Below, in pieces: positions 14,893 through 23,367 of a stretch of 32,000 nucleotides of DNA. Position numbers and translations under genes: made by a program. The notes under the pieces are model-generated. The model was given only the letters and a program-made list of their open reading frames with translations, ran no database searches and was not told where the DNA came from. The DNA is taken from the NCBI GenBank assembly GCA_020632335.1, contig JACKFV010000001.1, forward strand, positions 330,001 through 362,000. The letters are read 5' to 3'. The DNA comes from Candidatus Saccharimonadota bacterium. Lineage in GTDB: Bacteria > Patescibacteriota > Gracilibacteria > UBA4473. Position 1 is the stretch's first letter. Each line of letters opens with the position of its first letter.

Positions 14893-15102
14893 ATGATACA
14901 GGTGAAGAAGCACGAGAACGAATCCAGCGACAAGCTGCTCAAGCGGCTGAGCAACCACGTGAAGCACACTAAACTGCTGCAGCAGTGGCGTAAGCGACGT
15001 TACTTCACCCAAGAACCACGGAAGAATGTAGCCCGTGCCGCGGCCGTGGTACGAGAAGCGCACCGCAAAGAAAACCTCAAAAAGCAGTACCAGAGCCTCT
15101 AG
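14893..15102 (+). CDS. rpsU: 30S ribosomal protein S21
   Basis: This is a 69-aa basic protein. MIQVKKHENESSDKLLKRLSNHVKHTKLLQQWRKRRYFTQEPRK follows the S21 pattern (V.V..nE..d.alrrfkr...k.g.l.e.r.r.y.kP). Confidence 0.75.
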   Translation: MIQVKKHENESSDKLLKRLSNHVKHTKLLQQWRKRRYFTQEPRKNVARAAAVVREAHRKENLKKQYQSL

Positions 15103-15139
15103 AGCGCTGCGTACACCTGCAGGGGAGGGGGAGTAACAG

Positions 15140-15160
15140 GGTCACAAGCGTGGCCTTTTT
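15140..15160 (+). terminator. Rho-independent terminator after rpsU
   Basis: The stem ggtcac pairs with gtggcc (one G-U pair) around the loop aagc and is followed by TTTTT (15156-15160). Confidence 0.5.
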
Positions 15161-15196
15161 ATTTGCTGGGCGCAGCGGACTCACTACCATGGGGGC

Positions 15197-16114
15197 ATGG
15201 TATTTCCGCTCCCCCTGCAGTCGCTGTGGCAGCTCTGGCGGCTGCGTACCCGCAAGGAGCTCCTCCAGTGGGGCATTGCAGCGCTACAGGCCGTGGAGTC
15301 GGCGCCATTAGACGCTGAGCTGCTCCTCACCAGCAGCCTGCAGGTGAGCCGCACCGCACTGCGCACGGGAAGCGAAGAACCGGTATCCCTCCAGCAGAAG
15401 CAGCGCTATCTCTCGGCCATCACCGCCCGACGAAGTGGCACGCCGGTGGCCTACATCACCGGGCAGAAGGAGTGGGCCGATATGACGCTCACCATAACGC
15501 CAGCGGTGCTTATCCCTCGGCCGGAGACGGAGGAGCTGTGCCATATCATTGTGGAAGAGGCGCGCGATACCCCCCCCAGGAGCGTGCTGGACGTGGGTAC
15601 GGGGTCGGGGTGCGTGGCGCTCTTTATGGCTCGGGCCTACCCGCAGGCGGTGGTCACGGCGCTGGATAGCTCAGCAGCGGCACTGGCTATAGCACGAAAA
15701 AACGCCCAGACGCAGCAGCTTCCGCTCCAGATGCTGCACAGTGACCTGCTGCGGAAGGTAGCACGCAAGACCGTCTATGACCTCGTTATCGCGAATCTGC
15801 CCTATGTGCCTGATGACCGGCCGCTGAGCGCCGAGGTAGAGCGAGAACCCCAGAGCGCTCTGCGAGGGGGGAAGGGCGACGGTAGTGGGGTGATGAGGCG
15901 CTTCCTCCGGCAGCTGGTGGACTGGGAGATAGCGTGGCGGGAGTGCTGGCTGGAATTTGACCCACCGCAGAAGGATGCCCTCTTTAGCTATGCGGAGAGC
16001 CTGGGCATCACCGAGTGCGTCTTCTATAAGTCCCTCGACGACGAGTGGAGGTTCGTGCGGTTGCAACGCACCACGCCATCTCTGTCAATCCCCTCACAGA
16101 CAGCAGGCGTATAG
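15197..16114 (+). CDS. prmC: Release-factor glutamine N5-methyltransferase (HemK/PrmC family)
   Basis: The SAM-binding motif is VLDVGTGSGCVAL and the catalytic NPPY-type motif is IANLPYVP. TACCAT (15185-15190) ends 6 nt before the ATG. Confidence 0.85.
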   Translation: MVFPLPLQSLWQLWRLRTRKELLQWGIAALQAVESAPLDAELLLTSSLQVSRTALRTGSEEPVSLQQKQRYLSAITARRSGTPVAYITGQKEWADMTLTITPAVLIPRPETEELCHIIVEEARDTPPRSVLDVGTGSGCVALFMARAYPQAVVTALDSSAAALAIARKNAQTQQLPLQMLHSDLLRKVARKTVYDLVIANLPYVPDDRPLSAEVEREPQSALRGGKGDGSGVMRRFLRQLVDWEIAWRECWLEFDPPQKDALFSYAESLGITECVFYKSLDDEWRFVRLQRTTPSLSIPSQTAGV

Positions 16115-16137
16115 CGTCACACGAGTGGCCTTTTTGC

Positions 16138-16165
16138 TTGCCTTTATATCACAAATCTCTACATT
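16138..16165 (+). promoter_or_regulatory. Candidate promoter for tRNA-Ala(GGC) (TTGCCT, 16 nt, TACATT)
   Basis: The -35 is at 16138-16143 and the -10 at 16160-16165, which is 14 nt upstream of the tRNA 5' end. Confidence 0.4.
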
Positions 16166-16179
16166 TCAGCAGAGTATAG

Positions 16180-16256
16180 GGGCCTATAGCTCAGCTGGCT
16201 AGAGCGTTCGCATGGCATGCGAGAGGTCGTGAGTTCGAATCTCACTAGGTCCACCA
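16180..16256 (+). tRNA. tRNA-Ala (anticodon GGC), CCA encoded
   Basis: Hand-folded cloverleaf: acceptor GGGCCTA/TAGGTCC with the G3:U70 Ala identity pair, anticodon loop ATGGCAT, and T-loop TTCGAAT. Confidence 0.9.
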
Positions 16257-16311
16257 TTGTGTGTCGTACTCAACAGCTTGTATCTTATGACGATGATGGT
16301 AGAGTAGAAAA

Positions 16312-16866
16312 ATGCAAGTGGTAAACAAACACATCAAATTCCTCCTCTCCACGAATGGAGTTATTCTCTTCTCTGGTGCGCTGCTAGGGCCAATATATGC
16401 GCTTTTTGTCGAAGAGATTGGGGGAGATATTCTAGACGCAGGATTGGCTGGGGCTGTATTTGCTTTGTCTGCAGGGCTCACAAGCCTTATTGTGGGATTC
16501 AAGGGAGATACAATTCAAAATAAAGCACATGTTTTAGCGCTCGGGTATGGAGTTATTGCTCTCGGTTTTTTCTCCTATACGTTCGTGAATTCGATGACAA
16601 CATTGCTGGTAGCACAGGTCATCGTCGGCTTCGGAGAAGCTCTCTATAGCCCTATGTTTGATGCGCTCTATTCACGACATCTTGATGAAGGGCATTTTTC
16701 TTCTGAATGGGAAATTTGGGAGTGTATGAATTACTGGGTGAGCTGCATTGCAGCTTTGATAGGGGCCTTCTTTGTAGAGCAATACGGGTTTACACTTCTC
16801 TTTATTGTTATGGGAATACTGGCTCTATTGAGCGCCATACGGGTTTTGTTATGGTCGAAAAAATAG
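16312..16866 (+). CDS. Six-helix membrane protein resembling one half of an MFS transporter
   Basis: Six hydrophobic segments are visible. GFKGDTIQNK resembles MFS motif A between helices 2 and 3 of a half-domain. The segment is AT-richer than its flanks. TAGAGT (16300-16305) ends 6 nt before the ATG. Confidence 0.7.
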   Translation: MQVVNKHIKFLLSTNGVILFSGALLGPIYALFVEEIGGDILDAGLAGAVFALSAGLTSLIVGFKGDTIQNKAHVLALGYGVIALGFFSYTFVNSMTTLLVAQVIVGFGEALYSPMFDALYSRHLDEGHFSSEWEIWECMNYWVSCIAALIGAFFVEQYGFTLLFIVMGILALLSAIRVLLWSKK

Positions 16867-17104
16867 ATTATTACGACCTCCAGCGCCCTCCCCTCATTTT
16901 CCCCGTGACCACTTGTCATCACTCGGTGTAAGTACTGCCTCTGAAACAAGCTCCGTTTTTCCCCTGTCTGTGCTATGCTCTTGATAGTCCTGATAGACAA
17001 ATCGTCGTACTGTTTCGGCTGAAAGTGCCAGAGCTGCCTTACTCAGCCCACCACAGTGCGCCAACAAAAAAGACCAGTGACAGCATCGCACCAGAGACAG
17101 AAAG

Positions 17105-17180
17105 TGGTTGCGGGGGAAGGACTCGAACCTCCAACCTTCGGGTTATGAGCCCGACGAGCTGCCAATTGCTCTACCCCGCG
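17105..17180 (-). tRNA. Initiator tRNA-fMet (anticodon CAT), CCA encoded
   Basis: The reverse complement reads CGCGGGGTAGAGCAATTGGCAGCTCGTCGGGCTCATAACCCGAAGGTTGGAGGTTCGAGTCCTTCCCCCGCAACCA. It has the C1-A72 mismatch and three G-C pairs in the anticodon stem, both initiator hallmarks. Confidence 0.9.
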
Positions 17181-17195
17181 ACGGAATAAAAGAAA

Positions 17196-17272
17196 TGGTG
17201 GAGCTACAGGGATTCGAACCCTGGACCCCATGCTTGCAAAGCATGTGCTCTAGCCAGCTGAGCTATAGCCCC
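17196..17272 (-). tRNA. tRNA-Ala (anticodon TGC), CCA encoded
   Basis: The reverse complement starts GGGGCTATAGCTCAGCTGGCTAGAGCACATGCTTTGCAAGCATGG and ends TAGCTCCACCA. It carries G3:U70 and the anticodon loop TTTGCAA. Confidence 0.9.
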
Positions 17273-17288
17273 ACAAAGAACCAGGCCA

Positions 17289-17316
17289 AATGTACTCTGC
17301 TGCAGAGGAGTGTCAA
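17289..17316 (-). promoter_or_regulatory. Candidate promoter for the tRNA-Ala(UGC)/tRNA-fMet pair (TTGACA, 16 nt, TACATT)
   Basis: On the minus strand the -35 is at 17311-17316 and the -10 at 17289-17294. The tRNA 5' end lies 16 nt downstream of the -10. Confidence 0.5.
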
Positions 17317-17460
17317 ATAAGATTTAGCTGTCCTGCGCTTTGCCGTTTCTCCAGACTCCTGATCATTCCTCTCCTCAATATCCCCCCTCAATGAGGTATA
17401 GATATAAACAGTCATGTGGCTCTCAGCGCCTCTGTAAAATCAGTCCAAAAATAGAGAGGC

Positions 17461-17550
17461 TGGCGGACAGGGAGGGATTCGAACCCTCGGTGATGTTGCC
17501 ACCACACACGCGTTCCAGGCGTGCCCATTCGACCACTCTGGCACCTGTCC
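17461..17550 (-). tRNA. tRNA-Ser (anticodon GGA), long variable arm, CCA encoded
   Basis: The reverse complement reads GGACAGGTGCCAGAGTGGTCGAATGGGCACGCCTGGAACGCGTGTGTGGTGGCAACATCACCGAGGGTTCGAATCCCTCCCTGTCCGCCA. The anticodon loop is CTGGAAC. Confidence 0.9.
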
Positions 17551-17558
17551 ACTCCTTC

Positions 17559-17586
17559 TGTATAGGGCGATAGAGGACGCTGTCTA
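17559..17586 (-). promoter_or_regulatory. Candidate tRNA-Ser promoter (TAGACA, 16 nt, TATACA) only 8 nt from the mature 5' end
   Basis: On the minus strand the -35 is at 17581-17586 and the -10 at 17559-17564. The tRNA +1 is at 17550. Confidence 0.45.
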
Positions 17587-17603
17587 GAAAAGTCCGGCAC
17601 AGA

Positions 17604-17631
17604 TTGACATGCTGCCAAGAATATGTATAGT
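17604..17631 (+). promoter_or_regulatory. Near-consensus promoter (TTGACA, 16 nt, TATAGT) in front of an unlisted 59-codon ORF
   Basis: The -35 is at 17604-17609 and the -10 at 17626-17631. The ATG at 17640 lies 8 nt after the -10. Confidence 0.45.
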
Positions 17632-17639
17632 ATTATGTT

Positions 17640-17819
17640 ATGCGACGCGCCATCACCCAGTTCCAGAACTTCTGCACCCAGCACATCATGGGCAACGCCG
17701 TCCAGGGGGTAGTGGGGCGCAATGCAGAGGTAAAAGCACTCCAACAGCAGCACAACGCCACTTACAATACACAGCGGCAGCAGCTCCTCCGGCAAGTACA
17801 GCAACGGCAAGCGGTCTAG
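17640..17819 (+). CDS. Candidate small protein (59 aa, Gln-rich), one codon below the 60-aa cut-off of the ORF track
   Basis: The manual translation is MRRAITQFQNFCTQHIMGNAVQGVVGRNAEVKALQQQHNATYNTQRQQLLRQVQQRQAV. A strong promoter lies directly upstream. The stop TAG overlaps the stop of the convergent gene within the palindrome CTAG (17816-17819). Confidence 0.35.
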   Translation: MRRAITQFQNFCTQHIMGNAVQGVVGRNAEVKALQQQHNATYNTQRQQLLRQVQQRQAV

Positions 17820-18430
17820 AGGCACGCCGCCTCACATGCCTGGGTGGTCGTGAAGGGAAGCTCCGCCGTGCACCCCAGTACCGCACCCCGCTCACACGCG
17901 CCGGTATCTGGGTTAAAAAACACCCCCGTGAACTGTTTCTCGCAGCGGTCTATGCCCCGTAGTGGCGCTGTACAAGACCCCGCCACCGCGCTATCCGCCT
18001 TACAAAACCCGCTATAGAGGATCTCCGCGCCATGGCGCTCGGCCTCACAGTGGCTCCCAAACCCCATCTTCTGCCCCAGCAGCAGCCCGCACACGGGGTC
18101 ATTTTCCTTCTCGCAGACTCGCTCGCTATCCACCACCGTATTCACGCACACCCCGCGCAGGTCCTCGGTAGTGGGGTCATAGTCGCAGTAGAGCGCTGGG
18201 TGACAGTCCATACCCGTGGTCCCACCGCAGGCCTCCCCCTCGGCAGAGACCACCGTGGCCTCCATCTGTACGTCGGTCAGGGTGGATTCCCCGTTGTCGA
18301 GCTGAAACACCACTGGCGCCTTGCGGTCTTCATCCTGCCCCACCGGGCGCCACGATTCCCCCTCCAGCAGCTGCCAGAGCCACCAGGCGGCCCCCAGTAT
18401 CAGTACGGTAATGAGGAGTTTTCGAAGCAT
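17816..18430 (-). CDS. Secreted or anchored Cys-rich protein with a Kazal-like and a Kunitz/BPTI-like module (putative protease inhibitor)
   Basis: The N-terminal hydrophobic helix is MLRKLLITVLILGAAWWLW. The Kazal hallmark is CEKENDPVCG...HCEAERHGAEILYSGFC. The C-terminal CTAPLRGIDRCEKQFTGVFFNPDTGACERGAVLGCTAELPFTTTQACEAAC has spacing C-x9-C-x15-C-x7-C-x11-C-x3-C, against C-x8-C-x15-C-x7-C-x12-C-x3-C in BPTI. VFFNPDTGAC aligns with BPTI YFYNAKAGLC. Confidence 0.8.
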   Translation of the reverse strand: MLRKLLITVLILGAAWWLWQLLEGESWRPVGQDEDRKAPVVFQLDNGESTLTDVQMEATVVSAEGEACGGTTGMDCHPALYCDYDPTTEDLRGVCVNTVVDSERVCEKENDPVCGLLLGQKMGFGSHCEAERHGAEILYSGFCKADSAVAGSCTAPLRGIDRCEKQFTGVFFNPDTGACERGAVLGCTAELPFTTTQACEAACL

Positions 18431-18431
18431 C

Positions 18432-18461
18432 AAAAAAGCACTACGCGGTAAGTGTAGTGCT
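18432..18461 (-). terminator. Rho-independent terminator after rpsG
   Basis: On the minus strand agcactac pairs with gtagtgct around a 9-nt loop and is followed by TTTTTT (plus-strand A-run 18432-18437). Confidence 0.6.
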
Positions 18462-18495
18462 TCTCTCGTCCTTGTCTAGTCTCCTGCGCAGAACC

Positions 18496-18987
18496 CTAGT
18501 ATCGCGCCAGGTGCGCAAAGGCCCTATTCGCCTGCGCTACGCGGTGGACTTCTTCTTTCTTCTGCACGGCATAGCCGGTGTCGTTACTCGCGTCATGCAG
18601 CTCCAGTGCCAGCCGCTTGTACATCGGGATGCCCTTACGCTTGCGCGCGCCGTCCAGTATCCAGCGGATAGAGAGCGTCTGCTGGCGCTTGGGGGTCACC
18701 TCCATAGGGATCTGATACACCCCACCACCGATACGCTTCGGCTTCACCTCCATATTGGGCGTTGCGTTCTGCAGCGCTATTTCAAAGCTCTGCTTGGGGT
18801 CCTCGTGCCCTCGGCGGTGCAACTCGTCAAAGGTATCGGTTAAGATACGCTGTGCGATGCTCTTCTTCCCATCATGCATGAGGCAGTTCACCATCTTGCT
18901 CTGCAGAGGATCTGAATAGCTAAAGGGGTTACTGTACTTCATTTTAGGGGGAGTAGCCTGGTCGGTAGCTGCGGGGGTATCTGCCAT
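18496..18987 (-). CDS. rpsG: 30S ribosomal protein S7
   Basis: The conserved S7 sequence is present (...KSIAQRIL...GGGVYQIPMEV...RWILDGARKRKG...AFAHLARY), and the gene sits immediately after rpsL. Confidence 0.95.
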   Translation of the reverse strand: MADTPAATDQATPPKMKYSNPFSYSDPLQSKMVNCLMHDGKKSIAQRILTDTFDELHRRGHEDPKQSFEIALQNATPNMEVKPKRIGGGVYQIPMEVTPKRQQTLSIRWILDGARKRKGIPMYKRLALELHDASNDTGYAVQKKEEVHRVAQANRAFAHLARY

Positions 18988-18998
18988 AGAGAAAGAGA

Positions 18999-19409
18999 TT
19001 ATTTAGATTTTTTGGCGCCGTATTTACTACGCGCCTGTTTACGTTTGCCCACGCCTTGCAGGTCCAGCGCGCCCCGCACAATGTGGTAGCGCACCCCCAC
19101 CAAGTCCTTCACTCGGCCCCCACGCAGCAGCACCACACTGTGCTCCTGCAGGTTGTGCCCCTCTCCAGGGATGTAAGCATTCACCTCGTACTTATTCGTC
19201 AGCCGCACCCGTGCTACCTTCCGCAGTGCCGAGTTTGGCTTCTTTGGCGTCATGGTACTCACCTTCACACACACCCCACGACGCTGCGGCCCAGGGTTGG
19301 GCGCTGACTGCGTTTTCAGCGAATTAAAGGTAGTCTGCATGGCCGGAGCCTTGGACTTTCGGCGTTTATCCGTCCGGGCATTTCTCACGAGTTGGTTGAT
19401 AGTAGGCAT
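18999..19409 (-). CDS. rpsL: 30S ribosomal protein S12
   Basis: MPTINQLVR...[18 protein letters not shown]...[34 protein letters not shown] is canonical S12. Confidence 0.97.
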   Translation of the reverse strand: MPTINQLVRNARTDKRRKSKAPAMQTTFNSLKTQSAPNPGPQRRGVCVKVSTMTPKKPNSALRKVARVRLTNKYEVNAYIPGEGHNLQEHSVVLLRGGRVKDLVGVRYHIVRGALDLQGVGKRKQARSKYGAKKSK

Positions 19410-19420
19410 ACGAAGGAGAG

Positions 19421-22400
19421 TTACTTACGAGGAAGAGAAGTGAGTTGTTCCTCTGTCAGAGCGGCTTTATAAGTGGGTCCTGCCGGAATCAGCCGGCCAA
19501 TAATAACATTTTCTTTTAGGCCGTCAAGCGTGTCGACCTTTTGCATCACTGCGGCGTCCACCAGCACACGTATCGTCTCTTGGAAGGACGCGGCTGACAG
19601 CCAGCTATCCGTCCACAGGCTAATGCGCGTGAGCCCCAGCAGCAGCCGCTCATAGATGATGGGTTGCTTGCCCTCGGCCTGTAGCTGCTCGTTGAGGCGC
19701 TGAATCATCACAATGTCTTTAATTTCACCAGAAAGCAGCACGCTCTCCCCGGGGTTGATGATGCGTACCTTGCTCACCATCTGCTTCACGATAAGCTCGA
19801 TATGCTTCTCGTTGATGCTCTGCCCCTGCGACTCATAGATATTCAGCGTCTCGGCCATGATGTAGCGCTGGGCGTCTTCTATGCTCGTCAGCTCGATGAG
19901 CTCTTGTAGGTTGATATGCCCAATGGTGAGCGGCTGGCCCCGCAGCACGTGGTCGCCCTCCCGCACCAGGAGCGTCCGGCTGGCGGGCACTTTATACTCT
20001 TTCTTCTGCGCGCTGGACTGCTTAATGGTGATGTGGCTCTCGGTCACGTCTACTACCTTCCCGTCACAGCGGGCCTTCAGCGTAGCGCGCCCCTCCAGGG
20101 CCTTGGCGATGGTCTGTCCGCTCTTCACGCTGTCACCCTTCTTCACGACCGTCTGGTACTCCTCATTTGTGTGATGGAGGTCATCCATCGCCTCCGTAGC
20201 GGTGATGGTAATCTTCACGTCGCGCTTGCCCTTCTTGAGTTCTACTCGTCCCGCAATCTCGCTCAGCTTCGCCGCCACCTTAGGGTTGCGAGCCTCAAAG
20301 AGCTCCTCCACCCGCGCCAACCCGTCGGTCATCTCCGCGCCCTCGCTCGCCGCGCCCCCACCATGGAAGGACCGCATCGTCAGCTGCGTCCCCGGCTCGC
20401 CGATGCTCTGCGCCGCGATAATGCCCACCGGTGTGCCGATCTCCACCTGCTTGTTTTTTCCCAGGTCATACCCGTAGCACTTCTTACAGACGCCTCCCAG
20501 CGTCTTACAAAACATCACCGAGCGCAGCGTCACACTCGGCACCTGCTCGGCCTCCAGCACCGCCACCTCGGCATTCCCGAGGATAGTTCCCGCTGGCAGC
20601 AGCTCCTTCTTGCCCTTCATCACCGGCAGCGCCAGCGTACGGCCATACACCCGCTTGGCAAAGTGCATGCCCATCTCCGCGCTCTCTTCTTGCGTGATTT
20701 CTCGGTAAATAGTGGTACCACAGTCGTCCTCACGCACGATCACATCCTGCACACTATCCACCAGCCGTCGCGTCAGGTAGCCGGCCTGAGCGGTCTTCAG
20801 CGCCGTATCGGCCTTCCCCTTCCGCCCCGCGTAGCAGTTGATGAAGTATTCGAGGATCTCCACCCCATTGAGCATAGAAGACGTCACTGGCAGCTCAATC
20901 GTCTTCCCAGAGGTCGAACTCACCAGGCCCTTCATGCCCGCTACCGTCATCACCTGCCCCAGCGACCCCCGCGCCCCAGAGTGGTACATGGCGTAGATGT
21001 CATTATGCTCCACGTCCTTGTACTCGTTCAGCATGTCTTCTTGCACGTCACCCTTCACCCGGTGCCAGAGGCTTACCACCTGCTGATAGCGCTCGGCCTC
21101 GGTCAGCAACCCCCGCTGGTAGAGCTTCATGAGGTGCTTCACCACCTTGCGGGCCTTCTCCAGCATAGCGTCCTTCTGTGGGGGGAGGAGGTAATCATAG
21201 GCCGAGATACTCACCCCTGACTGGGTAGCAAAGCGGTACCCCAGGTTCTTCATCCGGTCAGCCAGCTCCGCAGAGGCTTCCATTCCTGCATTGTCATAGA
21301 CCTGCTGGAGGATTTCCTTCTGCTTGCGCTTATTCAGCTGCTCATTCATAAAGGGCGTCCCCGCTGGCAAGATGCCCTGTAGCAGCAGCCGCCCTGCGGT
21401 GGTCTCTACCACTTGGCCTCCCATGCGCACTCGCACCAGGGCATTTACCGCGATGTCTCCCCCCGTAAAGGCCAGCAGTGCCGCCTCCACCGAAGGAAAC
21501 CCATGCCCGGTACCACGGGCTCCCGTCGCTACTCCCGTCATGTAGTAGATCCCCAGCACCACGTCTTGTGAGGGGTTGGTGATGGGGTCCCCACTGGCGG
21601 GCTTCAAGAGATTCCGCTTAGCGTTGATCAGGTCCCGAGCCTCGGCCTGCGCGTGCACGCTCAGTGGCAAGTGCACGGCCATCTGATCCCCATCAAAGTC
21701 CGCATTGAACGCACTACACACCAGCGGATGCAGCTGGATCGCCTTGCCCTCCACCAGGAGCGGCTGGAAGGCCTGAATCCCCAGCCGGTGCAGCGTCGGC
21801 GCGCGGTTCAGCAGCACATACTTGCCCTGTATCACCTCCGCGAGGATATCCCACACCACGCCCTCGCCCTCTTTTATCTGCCGCTCGGCAGCCTTAACGT
21901 TATACGCCAGTTCAAACTCCAGCAGTTTGGCAATTACAAAGGGCTTGAAGAGCTCCAGTGCGATGTATTTCGGCAGTCCACACTGGTCCAGCTGTAGCTG
22001 TGGGCCGATCACAATCACCGACCGCCCAGAGAAATCTACCCGCTTCCCGAGGAGATTTTGCCGGAATCGCCCCTGCTTCCCCTTCAGCATGTCGCTCAGA
22101 CTCTTGAGTTTGCGCTTCTGCACATAGTTGATCCCCGCTCGACTATTCCGCGTTGAGTTCGCGATAAGGATATCCACGGCCTCCTGCAGCATGCGTTTCT
22201 CGTTCCGGCAGATGATATCGGGTGCCCCCAGCTGAATGAGTTTCTTCAGCCGTGCGTTACGGTTAATCACCCGGCGGTAGAGGTCATTGAGGTCACTGGT
22301 GGCAAACTGCCCACCATCCAGCTGCACCATAGGCCGCAGGTCTGGTGGCATCACGGGGATGACCGTCATCACCATATGTTCGGGCTTGGTACCGTTCTTG

Positions 22401-23281
22401 ATGAGCGCACCGATGAGCCGCAGCCGCTTCATAATCTTCTGCTGTTTCTGGCCCTTGGTGGTCTTCAACTCCTCCTGTAGTGCGCGCTCCAGCGCTACCA
22501 GGTCCATCTTCATGAGGATCTCGCGGATACTCTCAGCGCCAATCCCCGCGCGGAACACATGCCCAAATTTCATACTCAGCCCCCGGTACTCGGTCTCCGT
22601 CAGCACCCGCCCCACCACGATGGATTCCAGGTCACGCTTCGCCGCTTTGAAGTTCTCGTGCGCCTCGTCTACTATTGCCGCCAGATCCGCCTCCAGCTTC
22701 TGCAACTCCGTCTCACTCACGTCCCCCGCGCGGAAGGCCGTCTTGGCCGCTTTCAGGCTCACGCTGTTATCTTCTTTAATCCGCTGCAGCACCCGCTCGT
22801 ACTCCTTATTTAGCTCTGTGATGGCCTCTTGCTTACGGTCGGCGTTCACGCTCACCACAATGTAGGACGCGAAGTACACCACCTGCTCTATCTTCTTCAC
22901 GGCGAGGTCCAACAGCAGGCCGATCTTACTCGGCGTGGAGCGGAGGAACCACGGGTGCATCACCGGCACGCCCAGCTTGATATGCCCCATGCGCTCCCGC
23001 CGCACGATGCTGCGCGTCACCTCCACCCCGCACTTCTCACAGATAATCCCCTTATAGCGGATACGCTTGTACTTCCCACACCCACACTCCCAGTTCTTCA
23101 CCGGGCCGAAGATCCGCTGGCAAAAGAGCCCCCCCGGCTCGGGCTTCTGCGTGCGGTAGTTGATGGTCTCGGGCTTGGTGATCTCCCCGCTGGACCACGA
23201 AGAAATCTCCTCAGGAGTCGCAATGGAAAGGGCTATCGCATTGAAATCCTCGAGGCGCTTAATAGGTTTTTGTTGACGCAT
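19421..23281 (-). CDS. rpoC: DNA-directed RNA polymerase subunit beta-prime
   Basis: The N-terminal zinc motif is [23 protein letters not shown] and the catalytic motif is [14 protein letters not shown]. The ORF is 1286 aa and has a full N-terminus. Confidence 0.97.
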   Translation of the reverse strand: MRQQKPIKRLEDFNAIALSIATPEEISSWSSGEITKPETINYRTQKPEPGGLFCQRIFGPVKNWECGCGKYKRIRYKGIICEKCGVEVTRSIVRRERMGHIKLGVPVMHPWFLRSTPSKIGLLLDLAVKKIEQVVYFASYIVVSVNADRKQEAITELNKEYERVLQRIKEDNSVSLKAAKTAFRAGDVSETELQKLEADLAAIVDEAHENFKAAKRDLESIVVGRVLTETEYRGLSMKFGHVFRAGIGAESIREILMKMDLVALERALQEELKTTKGQKQQKIMKRLRLIGALIKNGTKPEHMVMTVIPVMPPDLRPMVQLDGGQFATSDLNDLYRRVINRNARLKKLIQLGAPDIICRNEKRMLQEAVDILIANSTRNSRAGINYVQKRKLKSLSDMLKGKQGRFRQNLLGKRVDFSGRSVIVIGPQLQLDQCGLPKYIALELFKPFVIAKLLEFELAYNVKAAERQIKEGEGVVWDILAEVIQGKYVLLNRAPTLHRLGIQAFQPLLVEGKAIQLHPLVCSAFNADFDGDQMAVHLPLSVHAQAEARDLINAKRNLLKPASGDPITNPSQDVVLGIYYMTGVATGARGTGHGFPSVEAALLAFTGGDIAVNALVRVRMGGQVVETTAGRLLLQGILPAGTPFMNEQLNKRKQKEILQQVYDNAGMEASAELADRMKNLGYRFATQSGVSISAYDYLLPPQKDAMLEKARKVVKHLMKLYQRGLLTEAERYQQVVSLWHRVKGDVQEDMLNEYKDVEHNDIYAMYHSGARGSLGQVMTVAGMKGLVSSTSGKTIELPVTSSMLNGVEILEYFINCYAGRKGKADTALKTAQAGYLTRRLVDSVQDVIVREDDCGTTIYREITQEESAEMGMHFAKRVYGRTLALPVMKGKKELLPAGTILGNAEVAVLEAEQVPSVTLRSVMFCKTLGGVCKKCYGYDLGKNKQVEIGTPVGIIAAQSIGEPGTQLTMRSFHGGGAASEGAEMTDGLARVEELFEARNPKVAAKLSEIAGRVELKKGKRDVKITITATEAMDDLHHTNEEYQTVVKKGDSVKSGQTIAKALEGRATLKARCDGKVVDVTESHITIKQSSAQKKEYKVPASRTLLVREGDHVLRGQPLTIGHINLQELIELTSIEDAQRYIMAETLNIYESQGQSINEKHIELIVKQMVSKVRIINPGESVLLSGEIKDIVMIQRLNEQLQAEGKQPIIYERLLLGLTRISLWTDSWLSAASFQETIRVLVDAAVMQKVDTLDGLKENVIIGRLIPAGPTYKAALTEEQLTSLPRK

Positions 23282-23367
23282 AGGTATACGGGGGCTAGCC
23301 TAGACTGGCAAAGTCTAGACGCCTAAGCGCGGTTGTCAACTGTATCTGGGCGAATCACTAGGCAGAC

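Noticed and set aside
16894-17091. Minus ORF with an HTH-like string (GGLSKAALALSAETVRRFVY) as a transposase or regulator remnant next to the tRNAs
   Set aside because: The resemblance is too short and weak, with no start context and no further domain. It is left as noncoding.
17108-17573. ORFs 17108..17320 and 17340..17573 (plus strand), and also 28088..28291 (minus strand)
   Set aside because: They overlap tRNA or tmRNA genes. The FEPWTP and ESNPRP peptide strings are the usual artefact of translating T-arm sequences.
23282-23330. TTGCCA-17-TATACC as the rpoC promoter
   Set aside because: The -10 box ends only 1 nt before the ATG, so the predicted start would fall inside the coding sequence, and no alternative in-frame start lies nearby.
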